Origin: Verrucomicrobiia bacterium
Lineage (GTDB): Bacteria; Verrucomicrobiota; Verrucomicrobiia; Limisphaerales; JAKPVM01
NCBI GenBank assembly: GCA_049968335.1
Contig: JBMFQZ010000013.1
Coordinates: 15,965-79,964 of the forward strand
Length of the DNA: 64,000 nt
Reading direction: 5' to 3'
A program made the position numbers and the translations under genes. The notes beneath the pieces were generated by a model. It worked only from the letters and a program-made list of their open reading frames with translations, had not been told where the DNA came from and searched no databases. The number at the start of each line of letters is the position of its first letter. The stretch's first letter is position 1. Shown piece after piece: positions 37,979 to 48,212 of the stretch.

Positions 37979-37996
37979 AATTTAAAGGAAACAATA

Positions 37997-38935
37997 ATGC
38001 TAAGGCGGTTAATTTTAATCTTTATATTACAGGCGTTCTTTGCGCAAATTGCAAAGCCGCAACCGGACACTGTTCTGGTCTATTATACTGGTTTTGAATA
38101 CGAAGAGGGATTTGATCCGCAATACACGTTGATAGGGCAGGGGGGCTGGGCTGGAGAAGGCAGCGCCTGGAACGGGTTAGTCTCCGATGAAAATTATTTT
38201 CCCGGCTTTGGACAACAGGCTTACATCGGCTACTCAAACTCTGCGCCTGTAACAGCGGCTTCTGTCGTCTGGCGTCCGCTCAACTACCAGATATTGACAA
38301 ATTATCCGGCAATCCGCTTCTATGTAATTTTTCAGATCAAAGACTCGGTAAATCGTCAGTATGACGACTTTCGCTGGAGCGTCTATAATATCAACACCCA
38401 GCGGCTATTCTCGCTGGATTTTGACAACCAGACCCTTCAGATAAATTACTCTTTAGACACAGCAGGCGCATTTTATTTTACCGGCTATTCATTTTCTAAT
38501 GACGGGGTTTACGAACTTGAAGTGGCGATGAATTTTGCTAAAAACCGCTGGATCGCTGTAATTAACAATACCCTTATTACACCTGAGCCACTGCCGATAA
38601 CAACGCGGGGTTATGATCTTAATATTGGAGATATTGATGCGGCGATAGTTTTACACAATCCGCAGCAACCCGGCGACAATTATATGGTCTTTGATGAATT
38701 TACCGTAACGGCGCAAACTGTTGCCTATCCGCCAAAATTGACACCGATTATAACAACAAACCAGTATCAGATTTTGCAACTTTACGGCGAGCCAGCGGTG
38801 AAATATTTCATCCAGTTTTCTACAAATCTGTCAAATTGGGTTGACATTTCAACGAACAGTCCGACAACGTCTGGTTTAATCAACTTTACCAACGCATCCA
38901 ATGTTAATCCGGTATTTTATCGCGCAAAGATGTGA
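37997..38935 (+). CDS. Secreted hypothetical protein with a C-terminal 'YQILQL.G....Y.IQFS.NL..W...FYRA' module
   Basis: 312 aa with signal peptide LILIFILQAFFAQIA. It starts 18 nt after the preceding gene. The C-terminal module resembles the one in the 513-aa protein at 1441-1655. Confidence 0.55.
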   Translation: MLRRLILIFILQAFFAQIAKPQPDTVLVYYTGFEYEEGFDPQYTLIGQGGWAGEGSAWNGLVSDENYFPGFGQQAYIGYSNSAPVTAASVVWRPLNYQILTNYPAIRFYVIFQIKDSVNRQYDDFRWSVYNINTQRLFSLDFDNQTLQINYSLDTAGAFYFTGYSFSNDGVYELEVAMNFAKNRWIAVINNTLITPEPLPITTRGYDLNIGDIDAAIVLHNPQQPGDNYMVFDEFTVTAQTVAYPPKLTPIITTNQYQILQLYGEPAVKYFIQFSTNLSNWVDISTNSPTTSGLINFTNASNVNPVFYRAKM

Positions 38936-38985
38936 TTGAAATTAAACAGGATAGCGCGGCAAATCATATTTCTCTAATCTGCTGT

Positions 38986-40683
38986 TTACCATTCAATGCA
39001 GAGTAATGACACTGATTGGCGCGGCATAGAAAATTCAAGCGTGAGAGAACCGTTTTTTAGATCAACATTCCGCTCCGGGTGAAGAGGTGTTAAATCTGAA
39101 GCCCGTTTTAACAGATCAATCTGTTCCGGTGTCGGGTTTTGCGGGGAACCGAATTCTTTCCACAGGCTATAGGCATTGCTGTGACGCTCATCAATCCTGT
39201 AATGACGTAGCCGCGCCAGTTTAACTTCAGGATTCAATCCTTGAATCTTCAACTTAACCTTTTCCTCCTTTGCCGCAATTCCGTCGTCGTGATAATTCCA
39301 GACCAACACTGCAAGCCGATTTGGCCCGCGCGTTGCAAAGGCATCAACATCCGCCCGTTCTCCGCGAACGCCCTCTTTTAACAAAGTGTCCAACAACTCG
39401 CCTGCGGAATTTTGCGTTTGAACCTGTTCAGGCTCAAGCATAGAAAACATTCTAAAGGTGTTAAATACAGGCAGAGGAACGCCGCGCGTTGATAGCACGC
39501 GAAAACCGTCAAACCACGGCTGGTTTTCAAATTCAAAAGCCCACGTTACTGCCCCGATAAGATTTACGCCGTAGCGACGGGCAAGCGCAATTTTCCTCAT
39601 AAAAGTCGCCGCTGTATAACTGGCATATTGAGATGTGTTCCGGTAATTGTTTTGCGGAAAAAATCGCGCCGAACAAGCCGCGCAGCCGTCCGGGTCGGAT
39701 TCGCCTATGATGATTGGAATGTTTTTCAATTCCGGATACGAATTAACAATCTTAAAACCGTTTTCAATGATCCGCAGATGATTGCCGGCATTCATACGGA
39801 CGTGTCCGTCTCTGAATTCCGTTCCGCCTTTTGCGTGAAAGGCTATAAAGTCAAGCGGAGTTCCCTTTTTCCCGCTAACATAATTAGTCCCGTAAAGGCA
39901 ATGCTCAATAAAAGAACGCAAAAATTTTTCCGCGCCTCCCTGTGTGCCTGCGGTATGCGGGCCGCCAATCTTTGCCTGCGGCAATACGGTTTTAATCGCC
40001 GTTGCTGTGTAGTCGTAAAGTTTTTGATATTCAGCCGGAGAACCGCGCCAATAAGCAATATTTGGCTCGTTCCACAATTCCCAGAACCAACTTGCAACTT
40101 CATTTGCTCCGTAACGTTGCGATGAATGTTTCACCCATTCCTCAATCAGTTTCTGCCATTTATTGTAATCCTTTGGCGGATATGCCCATCCCCGGCCTAC
40201 GGCGTCAACCGGCGGACCGTTTGTTACAACGGGGTTTGTGTATGGCTCTGGCTTTATTGAGAGCGCCTGCGGCATAAAGCCAATCTCAACAAACGGTTTT
40301 AACCCGCGCAGGATAAATGAATCAAAAATCTCGTCCAAAATATTCCAACTGTAAATTGGATTCCCCTGACTGTCTTCTTTATACGCGCCGGTGCTTCCCC
40401 ATTTTAACCACGCTGTGCCGTCGCCGGTTGTCAAAAGATGATGCGTTCGGATGCAAACCGGCTGAGGTTTTAAACGGGAAATTTCGTCAAGCAATTGCTT
40501 CCCCTCCGGCATATAAGAATAATTCGGTTCGTCATAGCCAAAAAATCGCCAGATAGGTTGATACCTTCCAGCAGATTTATCCGCAAAGACGGTTATTTCA
40601 ACACCGTCGCTGCTGGTTTGAGAAAAAACAGAAGCCGGTATCGTTAACAATATCCAGAGTAACTGGAGGCAAATTGTTTTCAT
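38986..40683 (-). CDS. Secreted (beta/alpha)8 glycoside hydrolase, GH39-like
   Basis: 565 aa with a signal peptide. Acid/base motif WFWELWNEPNIAYW, candidate nucleophile segment IPIIIGESDPDG, and a C-terminal beta-sandwich. The family assignment rests on motif resemblance only. Confidence 0.55.
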   Translation of the reverse strand: MKTICLQLLWILLTIPASVFSQTSSDGVEITVFADKSAGRYQPIWRFFGYDEPNYSYMPEGKQLLDEISRLKPQPVCIRTHHLLTTGDGTAWLKWGSTGAYKEDSQGNPIYSWNILDEIFDSFILRGLKPFVEIGFMPQALSIKPEPYTNPVVTNGPPVDAVGRGWAYPPKDYNKWQKLIEEWVKHSSQRYGANEVASWFWELWNEPNIAYWRGSPAEYQKLYDYTATAIKTVLPQAKIGGPHTAGTQGGAEKFLRSFIEHCLYGTNYVSGKKGTPLDFIAFHAKGGTEFRDGHVRMNAGNHLRIIENGFKIVNSYPELKNIPIIIGESDPDGCAACSARFFPQNNYRNTSQYASYTAATFMRKIALARRYGVNLIGAVTWAFEFENQPWFDGFRVLSTRGVPLPVFNTFRMFSMLEPEQVQTQNSAGELLDTLLKEGVRGERADVDAFATRGPNRLAVLVWNYHDDGIAAKEEKVKLKIQGLNPEVKLARLRHYRIDERHSNAYSLWKEFGSPQNPTPEQIDLLKRASDLTPLHPERNVDLKNGSLTLEFSMPRQSVSLLCIEW

Positions 40684-40686
40684 AAA

Positions 40687-41232
40687 CTACCACTCCCCCT
40701 CAGCGAGCAATGAAACGGTTTTTCTTGCAATATCTTCGGCAAGCAACGGCAGGGCTTGTCTTTCAGCCGAAGGGAGATCGCTGCCGACGCTTATAGTTGT
40801 TCTGCCTGTAACAGAGCGTTTTATTATAACCTTTCCGGTTGCGCGTTCAACCGCTGTTATCTCGGCTTTCATTTCAAGATAATAATCCCGAACGCTCGTA
40901 ATATCGCGCGGCTGAAAACTCGCCGGCGCCCGGATAAAGTCAGTAATTACGCCATTTACAATTATATCGCCTGTTCCGCCGGTGTTCAGGCGATACGTGC
41001 CGTCTGTCTGAATCCGTTTTCTAACCGCGCTTGTTACCGCCTCGCCGAGGCGCGGCTCAATTGTTTGATTAATAAATGGATTAACCTGAACAGATTTTTC
41101 CCCCGCTTGAATCCCGGCAACCGGTCCCAGTTTATACCCGGCGCAGCCGCACAAAAGGATTAGCGAAAAAACCAGCGCCAGCATTATTTTATCCGCTTTA
41201 AAATTCATAAATTTCCAGCAATATTTAATCAT
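40687..41232 (-). CDS. LptE-like outer-membrane lipoprotein
   Basis: Lipobox LILLCGC followed by AGYKL, then VQVNPFINQTIEPRLGEAVTSAVRKRI and IVNGVITDF, the usual LptE pattern. Confidence 0.45.
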   Translation of the reverse strand: MIKYCWKFMNFKADKIMLALVFSLILLCGCAGYKLGPVAGIQAGEKSVQVNPFINQTIEPRLGEAVTSAVRKRIQTDGTYRLNTGGTGDIIVNGVITDFIRAPASFQPRDITSVRDYYLEMKAEITAVERATGKVIIKRSVTGRTTISVGSDLPSAERQALPLLAEDIARKTVSLLAEGEW

Positions 41233-41481
41233 ACCAGTAGATTACTATAACGCAGATATCAAATGTATTATAAATATTGCATTCCTGTTAAACAATTAGA
41301 TTTATAAAAATATTCATTCATAATGAAGCCTGAGCATTTAAGGAAAAGAGCATTTTTCGGTAAAATTAAGGTTTTTCAAAATTATTTTTAAATGGCTGAA
41401 TAGACCCCGAAGTGGGCGAACTTTTTCCAGGCTGCGTGGTATTAAGTTATTGGCTGCAATTAATGCTAACGATAGTAGAAT

Positions 41482-42090
41482 TCACTTCATCGGCAAAACT
41501 GCGCTACGGGAGGCAATTGAATCTGTCAATTTTGAAACCAGCGCATCAGCCGTTTCCGCAGTTATGAACAACGATTCTATGTCGCTTAACAAAAAGCCTT
41601 CGTCAGTCGCGTTTTTTATCAGGTCAATGAACGGGTCAAAGTAGCCGTTGACATTCAATATCCCGCTTGGTTTGGAGTGGAAGCCGAGTTGCTTTAATGT
41701 AATGACTTCAAATAGTTCATCATAAGTCCCGATACCGCCTGGCAGCGCTATAAAGCCGTTTGAAAGTTCAATCATCAGCGATTTTCTCTCTGACATTGTT
41801 CGGACGATGCGCATCCGGGTGACGGCTTTGTGGGCGAGTTCTTTCTCAACCATTGATTGCGGGATAACGCCGGTGACCGAGCCGCCGTATTTTAGCGCGG
41901 TGTCGGCAAGTATCCCCATCAGACCAATGTTGCCGCCGCCATAAATGATGCCGATACCGCGTTTGACTAATGAAACCGCCAGTTCTTCTGCGGCTTTTTT
42001 ATAGACTGGATTTTTCCCGCAATTAGCGCCGCAAAATACGCAGATGTTCAAGTTCTCCCGGTTAAAATTTTCGCCGCTTGACTCACTCAT
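41482..42090 (-). CDS. LOG-family (TIGR00730) nucleotide 5'-monophosphate nucleosidase
   Basis: IIYGGGNIGLMG and ALPGGIGTYDELFE motifs. Confidence 0.85.
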   Translation of the reverse strand: MSESSGENFNRENLNICVFCGANCGKNPVYKKAAEELAVSLVKRGIGIIYGGGNIGLMGILADTALKYGGSVTGVIPQSMVEKELAHKAVTRMRIVRTMSERKSLMIELSNGFIALPGGIGTYDELFEVITLKQLGFHSKPSGILNVNGYFDPFIDLIKNATDEGFLLSDIESLFITAETADALVSKLTDSIASRSAVLPMK

Positions 42091-43750
42091 CTTTTCTCTC
42101 CTTTGGCAAACTCATCACATATTTCTCCCAGTATTTAAATTCAACATACATCTCTAAAAAGAAGCGCGGACGCATCTCGTATAAACCGACCATCAGCCAT
42201 TCCTTGTTTGATTTTTCGTCAAGTTCGGCGTTTACACCGGCGCCACATATAACAACCGGCGCGTAAGGGTCTTGCGGCAATTTGTCATACCAGCCAATAT
42301 TTTCAAATGACCTCAAATACCACGGCAGGGGCCAGTAATTATGCTCCGGGACGATGACCTTTATAACCATCTTCTTCCCCTCCGGATGAACCTTGCTTAT
42401 CCCTTCAACCACTTTTGTAAGCCGCAAAATGTCCGGGACAGTTTGCGAATAGACATAAGGATTTCGCCAATTCGCATAATGAACGTAATTTGCCAGATAG
42501 GATAAATGAGAAAGGTGCATTATGCCGCAGAGAAGCAATAAACCGGATACGATTTTTATCCAGAGTTTTTTGCTGGCGAAGATAATGCAGCCGGCGCCGG
42601 CGCCGGCGAGTATAATCATTCCGCTCCAGAACCCGAGCGCGCACCAAGGGGTTTTGTATGAAATTGCTGAATAAATTGTCATCAATATTGCGGTATAAAA
42701 CGCGCTGAACCTTACAAACCCCCGATTTACTCCGCTCTTTTCCCCTCTGTTTGTAAAACCATACCAACAACCGATTATTGCGAAGATGAAAATCGCCAAT
42801 TCGCTCCAGACGCAAACCGGACTTCGCGGCGGTTTAAACCAGAGCAGCCTTTCAAAATAGAAATACCACGGATGAATATGCGGCGAACCGCCGCCTGCCC
42901 GTTTAAGCCAGGGGAAATAAGTGCGAACCGAATCAATTATCCCCTGCCAGTTAGTAAATAACGAGGTGAAAAGCGGAATTGAAATCGCCAGCGCGGCAAT
43001 GAATGCTATCAATAAATGCTTTTTATTAACCCTGCTGGATAACAAATTTAAGAATGGAAATTGTCTTGTTAAGGCGCAACACGGTTTTTCCCCGGGGCTA
43101 TTCTGTTTTGATGAAGCGCCGATATAATAGGCATAAATAGATTCAAGAATAACAGCCCCAGCCAGCGCAAAAACGGCGAGAACAAATGTCTCTTTTGTGG
43201 CATACATCAAACCAAGCCCTATTCCAGTTAAGACCGCCCAGATTGTTTTCTGGCTCTTGAAATACCTCCATCCCGCTGCTATAACCAACGTGGTAAAACA
43301 GACAAGCAACATCTCGTGGATAAAATATCTGCTGTAAAAAACCATAATTGGCGATATGGCAAAGAATAGGCTTGCGAAAACAACGCCGGCTTTACCGATT
43401 GCGTCTTTTAAAAACCAGATCAATAAAATTGTGATTAGAGAAAAAATGAGAGGGGTTAATCTGACTGTTTTTTCGGAAAGTTGTGTTAAATCGCGCGCCT
43501 TGCTTATCCAGGCTAATGGCAATGTGAAATAATGAAGCGTTGGACCGTGATATTCATCCGGGTCGTATTTATAACTACCTTTCTGCCAGAGTTCGCCGAA
43601 CTTAATCGCGTTAACCGCCTCATCATTGTGCATCGGGCGCAAGCCGAGTTGCGGCACTCGCCAGAGTACTGCCGCCGCAAAGACAAGCCCGAGCAATATG
43701 TAATAAACTCTGCCCATAAAACAAAAACGCAGACGAATGATTATTCTCAA
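42083..43750 (-). CDS. Polytopic membrane protein, GT39/ArnT-like (TIGR03663-type) glycosyltransferase family
   Basis: 555 aa and more than 10 hydrophobic segments. N-terminal loop RPMHNDEAVNAIKFGELW...YKYDPDEYHGPTLHYF. The 3' end overlaps the LOG gene start by 8 nt. Confidence 0.55.
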   Translation of the reverse strand: MRIIIRLRFCFMGRVYYILLGLVFAAAVLWRVPQLGLRPMHNDEAVNAIKFGELWQKGSYKYDPDEYHGPTLHYFTLPLAWISKARDLTQLSEKTVRLTPLIFSLITILLIWFLKDAIGKAGVVFASLFFAISPIMVFYSRYFIHEMLLVCFTTLVIAAGWRYFKSQKTIWAVLTGIGLGLMYATKETFVLAVFALAGAVILESIYAYYIGASSKQNSPGEKPCCALTRQFPFLNLLSSRVNKKHLLIAFIAALAISIPLFTSLFTNWQGIIDSVRTYFPWLKRAGGGSPHIHPWYFYFERLLWFKPPRSPVCVWSELAIFIFAIIGCWYGFTNRGEKSGVNRGFVRFSAFYTAILMTIYSAISYKTPWCALGFWSGMIILAGAGAGCIIFASKKLWIKIVSGLLLLCGIMHLSHLSYLANYVHYANWRNPYVYSQTVPDILRLTKVVEGISKVHPEGKKMVIKVIVPEHNYWPLPWYLRSFENIGWYDKLPQDPYAPVVICGAGVNAELDEKSNKEWLMVGLYEMRPRFFLEMYVEFKYWEKYVMSLPKERKDE

Positions 43751-43794
43751 TCCGTCTGCGTTTTAAGCAATATTAAATTTTAAAAATTTGCTAT

Positions 43795-44490
43795 TTATTT
43801 GGCTGGGGCATAGACTTCAATTTCTTGAATGCAGTTAAGAGCGCTCATATTGCTGCCTCTGGTGTATGAGCGGACGTAGCGACCTTTTACGCCTTTGCAA
43901 TCAATTATTCTGCCTTCATGGGTTTCAAAATATTCCTTATCCTTACCAATCCCCAGACCTGACGAGTTGTCAACATCATTATTATAAACCGTTACAACAT
44001 CTTTTGTAAAATCCGGGTCGTTAGAAATCTGGACTACAACGTCTCTGAAGACCTGAATCCATCTGTGGTCGTGCCAGATAGCAATTGCATAGATTTCATA
44101 TTCCTGCCCGAGGTCAACCTGCACCCATTGAGTTCCCTTTCTCATTTCAACAACCTGATCATCAAAGGCTTCTTTCTGCCCATCTGTAACCATACTCAGG
44201 TCGCCGCTGATCGGGTTTTTATCGCTGCCGGTCACTGGTTTGCCCTTTGCAACGTTAACGCAACCTTTAGGAACAAAGAACGGAGGTCTTGGTTTGGTTG
44301 GCAACGGTTCAATGTTTGGACCAGACGGCAGATCGTCTGGCGTCCCTTTCAATGTCGGCATAGGCAACTTTAACTTTAAAGGCTCTTTATCTTGGTCTGC
44401 CGACCAGACAAGCGCCTGATTAAGAACCAATACCGCGCTTATGGTTGATACCAGCATCAACCGTCCCATTATGTTATTCAACTTTTTCAT
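43795..44490 (-). CDS. Secreted F5/8 type C (discoidin) domain protein
   Basis: Signal peptide, then VAKGKPVTGS...MVTDGQKE...WVQVDLGQEYEIYAIAIW...VVVQISNDPDF...GRYVRSY...IQEIEVYA. Confidence 0.65.
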   Translation of the reverse strand: MKKLNNIMGRLMLVSTISAVLVLNQALVWSADQDKEPLKLKLPMPTLKGTPDDLPSGPNIEPLPTKPRPPFFVPKGCVNVAKGKPVTGSDKNPISGDLSMVTDGQKEAFDDQVVEMRKGTQWVQVDLGQEYEIYAIAIWHDHRWIQVFRDVVVQISNDPDFTKDVVTVYNNDVDNSSGLGIGKDKEYFETHEGRIIDCKGVKGRYVRSYTRGSNMSALNCIQEIEVYAPAK

Positions 44491-44652
44491 TTTCGTTCTA
44501 TTATTGAAATACCGCTTTTATAAGGAATGGTTACAAAATACTAATCGTCTGAATTAACAGTTAACTTTATCTACACAATCAGGATGCCTGAATAAAAATT
44601 AACTGGATAATGGAAATAAAATCTATTATTCATATTTATAAATATTTTACTT

Positions 44653-47600
44653 ATGAAAACAGTCATTAAAATCGTTGCGGTTCTTCTCATTTTCATTTCT
44701 GTATCGTTAACCTCTGTTTTCGCCGGGGAACGGCTATTTACAAAACCGTATCAACGGCTGGCTAAGATCAAATATGTCAATATTGTTACAAACGCAATCG
44801 CATATCCGGGAAAATACAATGTGGAGCGGATAATAGATGGCGATACGCGCACTGAATATTCATCGCGGGGCGACGGCACAAATACTTTTATTGAATTTGA
44901 CTTTGGCAAGCCATTTAAAATCGCCGCGTTTAAACATATTGACAGAAACGACCCGGCAACAGTGGCAAAAAGCGAATTGATATTAAAAGACGAAAAGATG
45001 AATGAAGTCGCCCGATATGAAGTTGTTCATATAAACAAACGGGCAGGCGTAACGTTCTACGTCTTGCCATCCCCTATTGAAGCCAGATATGTCCGCTGGC
45101 AGGTTACAAAACTCGGTCCGCAAAATTTCGGCACGGTCGGCGGCGCTGAAATTGAGTTTTATGAGCCTACAATTGCTGAAGAAGCCCCGCTGGGGACAAC
45201 AATCAACCCGGAAGTTGAACCAGTAGTGGTGTTAAAAGATGGGGCAAAGGTTAGAACTATCAAGGTTGGCATAAACCATCCATACGCAAAATCTGCCCCT
45301 GCATATCTGCGGGTTTACACCGTTGACACGCTTCAAAATAAAATCATTGAACTCAAACCCGGCAACTCCACTGTTGAAATTGATATTGAAGCCGGCTCAA
45401 CAAAAACCGTAAAAGTGGCGCTTGAATCGGAGGGACTTCAAATAGACAAAAAAGAACTGAAAATTGAAGAACCGCAGATAAAGGAAATCTATATCCTGCC
45501 GCATTCGCACGTTGACATCGGTTATACAGCGCTCCAGACAGATGTTGAGATAAAACAGAGTAACAATATCGAAATAGCGATCAGTCTGATTAAACAAACC
45601 GCAAATTATCCCGAGGGCTCAAAGTTTATCTGGAACACCGAAGTCCTCTGGCCTGTTGAAAATTACCTGCGCGACGCCCCGCCAGAAAAACAGAAGGAGT
45701 TCATCAATTTTATAAAAGAAGGGAGGATCGGACTGGACGCCTTTTATGGAAATATTCTAACCGGATTATGCAGACCGGAAGAATTGTTGCAGATGATGCG
45801 ATACGCCACGCGGCTTTCGGAAATGTTTGGAGTTAAAATTGAATCGGCAATGATAAGCGACGTCCCCGGTTATACATGGAGCACTGTAACGGCAATGTCG
45901 CAGGCAGGGGTAAAATATTTTTCTTTTGCGCCAAATTACTTTGACAGGATGGGCGGCACGATGGTTACCTGGCAGGACAAACCGTTCTACTGGATTAGCC
46001 CGGATGGTCAGAACAAGGTTTTATGCTGGTGCCCGACTCGCGGTTACGCGCTCGGTCATCTGATTGGACCTGGCGAGGCTCTGGCGCGATTTATTCCGCA
46101 ATACCTGCGCGAGTTAAAAGAGAAAAAATATCCTTACGAAATCACCTATATCCGCTGGAACGTTCACGGCGACAACGGTTCACCGGACGAAAAACTCTCC
46201 GATGTCGTTCGCGACTGGAACGAACGGTATGCCTCGCCAAAACTTATAATTACAACAACGGCTGACGCCTTCCGCAGGTTTGAAAAACGTTACGGCAATT
46301 CACTGCCGCAATATCGCGGCGATTACACGCCATACTGGGAAGACGGCGCAGGCTCGTCAGCGTTTGAAACCGCAATGAACCGCGCCTCTGCGGAACGAAT
46401 CGTTCAGGCTCAAGCCATCTGGGCAATCCGCAACCCGGCTCCATTTGACGAACTTATGTCGTATCAAGCCTGGCGTAACGTTCTCCTTTACAGCGAACAT
46501 ACCTGGGGCGCCCACAATAGCGTAAGCGAGCCAGATAAACAATTCGTCAAAGACCAGTGGCGGATAAAACGCGGCTTTGCCGTAGAAGCTGATATACTAT
46601 CTAAAAAATTGCTTGAACAGGCGCTGTTTTCAGAATCAGAAACACCAGAACAGATAGATGTTTACAACACCGCCTCCTGGACGCGGAGCGATTTAGTCAT
46701 TCTATCAAAAGAGATTTCCAAATCGTATGATTGCGTCTTTGATTTATCTGGAAAACCGCTCCCGTCGCAACGGCTCTCAACAGGAGAACTTGCGTTTATG
46801 GCTGAAGCCGTCCCGCCATTTGCGGCAAAAAGATTCAAACTCGGCGCCGGCTCGCCACCACGACCAAAAGGTTTAATCGTAAAACCGACAAAGATTGAAC
46901 ACCCGGACTTTATAATCGGCATCGACGAAAACACCGGCGCAATTGTTTCTCTAATAAACAAGAAAAATGGCGCCGAACTCGTTGATGCAACCGCTAAGAC
47001 CGCTATCAACGATTATTTTTACCTCCCCGGCTCGGATGTTAAAAACCTCCAGCGCAATGCGAAACCGATCATCAGCGTGAAAGAAGCCGGACCGCTCGTT
47101 GGTTCTGTGATTATTGAATCCGAAGCCCCCGGATGCCGCAAACTTATCAGAGAGATTAGAGTGGTAAATGGAGACGATAAAATTCTGCTCGTAAACACGG
47201 TTGAAAAACTGCCGATACGAAAAAAAGAAGGGGTGCATTTTGGTTTTGGTTTCAACGTGCCGGACGCAACGGTAAGAATGGATGTCGGGTTCGCCACAGT
47301 TAGACCAAATGTTGACCAGATACCCGCAGCCTGCAAAAACTGGTTCAGCGTTCAACGTTGGGTTGACGTTTCTAACAAAAAATATGGGGTGTTGCTCGCC
47401 CCTGTGGACGCGCCGCTGGTTGAAGTCGGCGACCTGACTGCAAATCTGATCGGCTCGCAAACAAACCCGGATGTCTGGATAAAAGATTTGCCTCCGTCAT
47501 CAATCATCTATTCTTGGGCTATGAACAACCACTGGCATACAAACTACCGCGCGGAACAGGATGACACGGTTAATTTTAAATATTTCCTCAAATTGCACAA

Positions 47601-47943
47601 CGGATATAGCCCTCTTCAGGCGGCAAGGTTTGGAATTGAATCCTCCCAGCCGCTCATAGCAACCGCGGCAAAAGAACCGCTCCCGTCAAAACCGCGCGTG
47701 ATTGTAAATTCAGAAGATGTAATTGCAACCACATTAAAACCATCCGATGACGGCAAGGCTTTGATTTTAAAACTATTCGGCGCAAGCGGAAAACCGACAA
47801 GGACGAAATTACTCTGGAATGCCCCGGTTCCAGCGGCTGTCTACATCAGCGATACAAGCGAAAAGCCGCTTAAAGAAATCTCAAACGACAATGTTGATGT
47901 CCCCGCCTGGGGCGTAGTCACTTTGAGAGCGGAATTAGAATAA
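44653..47943 (+). CDS. Secreted glycoside hydrolase family 38-like (alpha-mannosidase-type) protein with an N-terminal discoidin-like domain
   Basis: 1,096 aa with a signal peptide. Discoidin-like IIDGDTRTEYSS...ARYVRWQVT...GGAEIEFYE. The metal-site-like ILPHSHVDIGYT opens the catalytic region. Confidence 0.6.
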   Translation: MKTVIKIVAVLLIFISVSLTSVFAGERLFTKPYQRLAKIKYVNIVTNAIAYPGKYNVERIIDGDTRTEYSSRGDGTNTFIEFDFGKPFKIAAFKHIDRNDPATVAKSELILKDEKMNEVARYEVVHINKRAGVTFYVLPSPIEARYVRWQVTKLGPQNFGTVGGAEIEFYEPTIAEEAPLGTTINPEVEPVVVLKDGAKVRTIKVGINHPYAKSAPAYLRVYTVDTLQNKIIELKPGNSTVEIDIEAGSTKTVKVALESEGLQIDKKELKIEEPQIKEIYILPHSHVDIGYTALQTDVEIKQSNNIEIAISLIKQTANYPEGSKFIWNTEVLWPVENYLRDAPPEKQKEFINFIKEGRIGLDAFYGNILTGLCRPEELLQMMRYATRLSEMFGVKIESAMISDVPGYTWSTVTAMSQAGVKYFSFAPNYFDRMGGTMVTWQDKPFYWISPDGQNKVLCWCPTRGYALGHLIGPGEALARFIPQYLRELKEKKYPYEITYIRWNVHGDNGSPDEKLSDVVRDWNERYASPKLIITTTADAFRRFEKRYGNSLPQYRGDYTPYWEDGAGSSAFETAMNRASAERIVQAQAIWAIRNPAPFDELMSYQAWRNVLLYSEHTWGAHNSVSEPDKQFVKDQWRIKRGFAVEADILSKKLLEQALFSESETPEQIDVYNTASWTRSDLVILSKEISKSYDCVFDLSGKPLPSQRLSTGELAFMAEAVPPFAAKRFKLGAGSPPRPKGLIVKPTKIEHPDFIIGIDENTGAIVSLINKKNGAELVDATAKTAINDYFYLPGSDVKNLQRNAKPIISVKEAGPLVGSVIIESEAPGCRKLIREIRVVNGDDKILLVNTVEKLPIRKKEGVHFGFGFNVPDATVRMDVGFATVRPNVDQIPAACKNWFSVQRWVDVSNKKYGVLLAPVDAPLVEVGDLTANLIGSQTNPDVWIKDLPPSSIIYSWAMNNHWHTNYRAEQDDTVNFKYFLKLHNGYSPLQAARFGIESSQPLIATAAKEPLPSKPRVIVNSEDVIATTLKPSDDGKALILKLFGASGKPTRTKLLWNAPVPAAVYISDTSEKPLKEISNDNVDVPAWGVVTLRAELE

Positions 47944-48212
47944 TGCCATTGTTATAATTGATTTTTGAATCAAGAGAAAACCACTCTCTACACCGACGGG
48001 GTTTATAAGACCATTAGATTCATACGGTTAAACGGCATTCTATTTCAATCACTTTATAATGCCGGGTTTAATTTTATTGATTCAGATTTTTACAACCGTT
48101 TAATTTAAAATGAAATCTTTATCAATTTTCTCCGTCTAAAATTAAGAATAGCGATTTTTGACAATTAAACATCTATTGACAAGAGTTAATAAAAATTAGA
48201 TAAAGAAGCGGT

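Noticed and set aside
41401-41427. Shared motif TAGACCCCGAAG(G/T)GGG at 30364 and 41401 as a second repeat family
   Set aside because: The exact match is only ~13 nt, within the range expected by chance for a 64-kb window. Both are probably independent short GC hairpins with T-tracts (terminator-like). They are kept only as a note.
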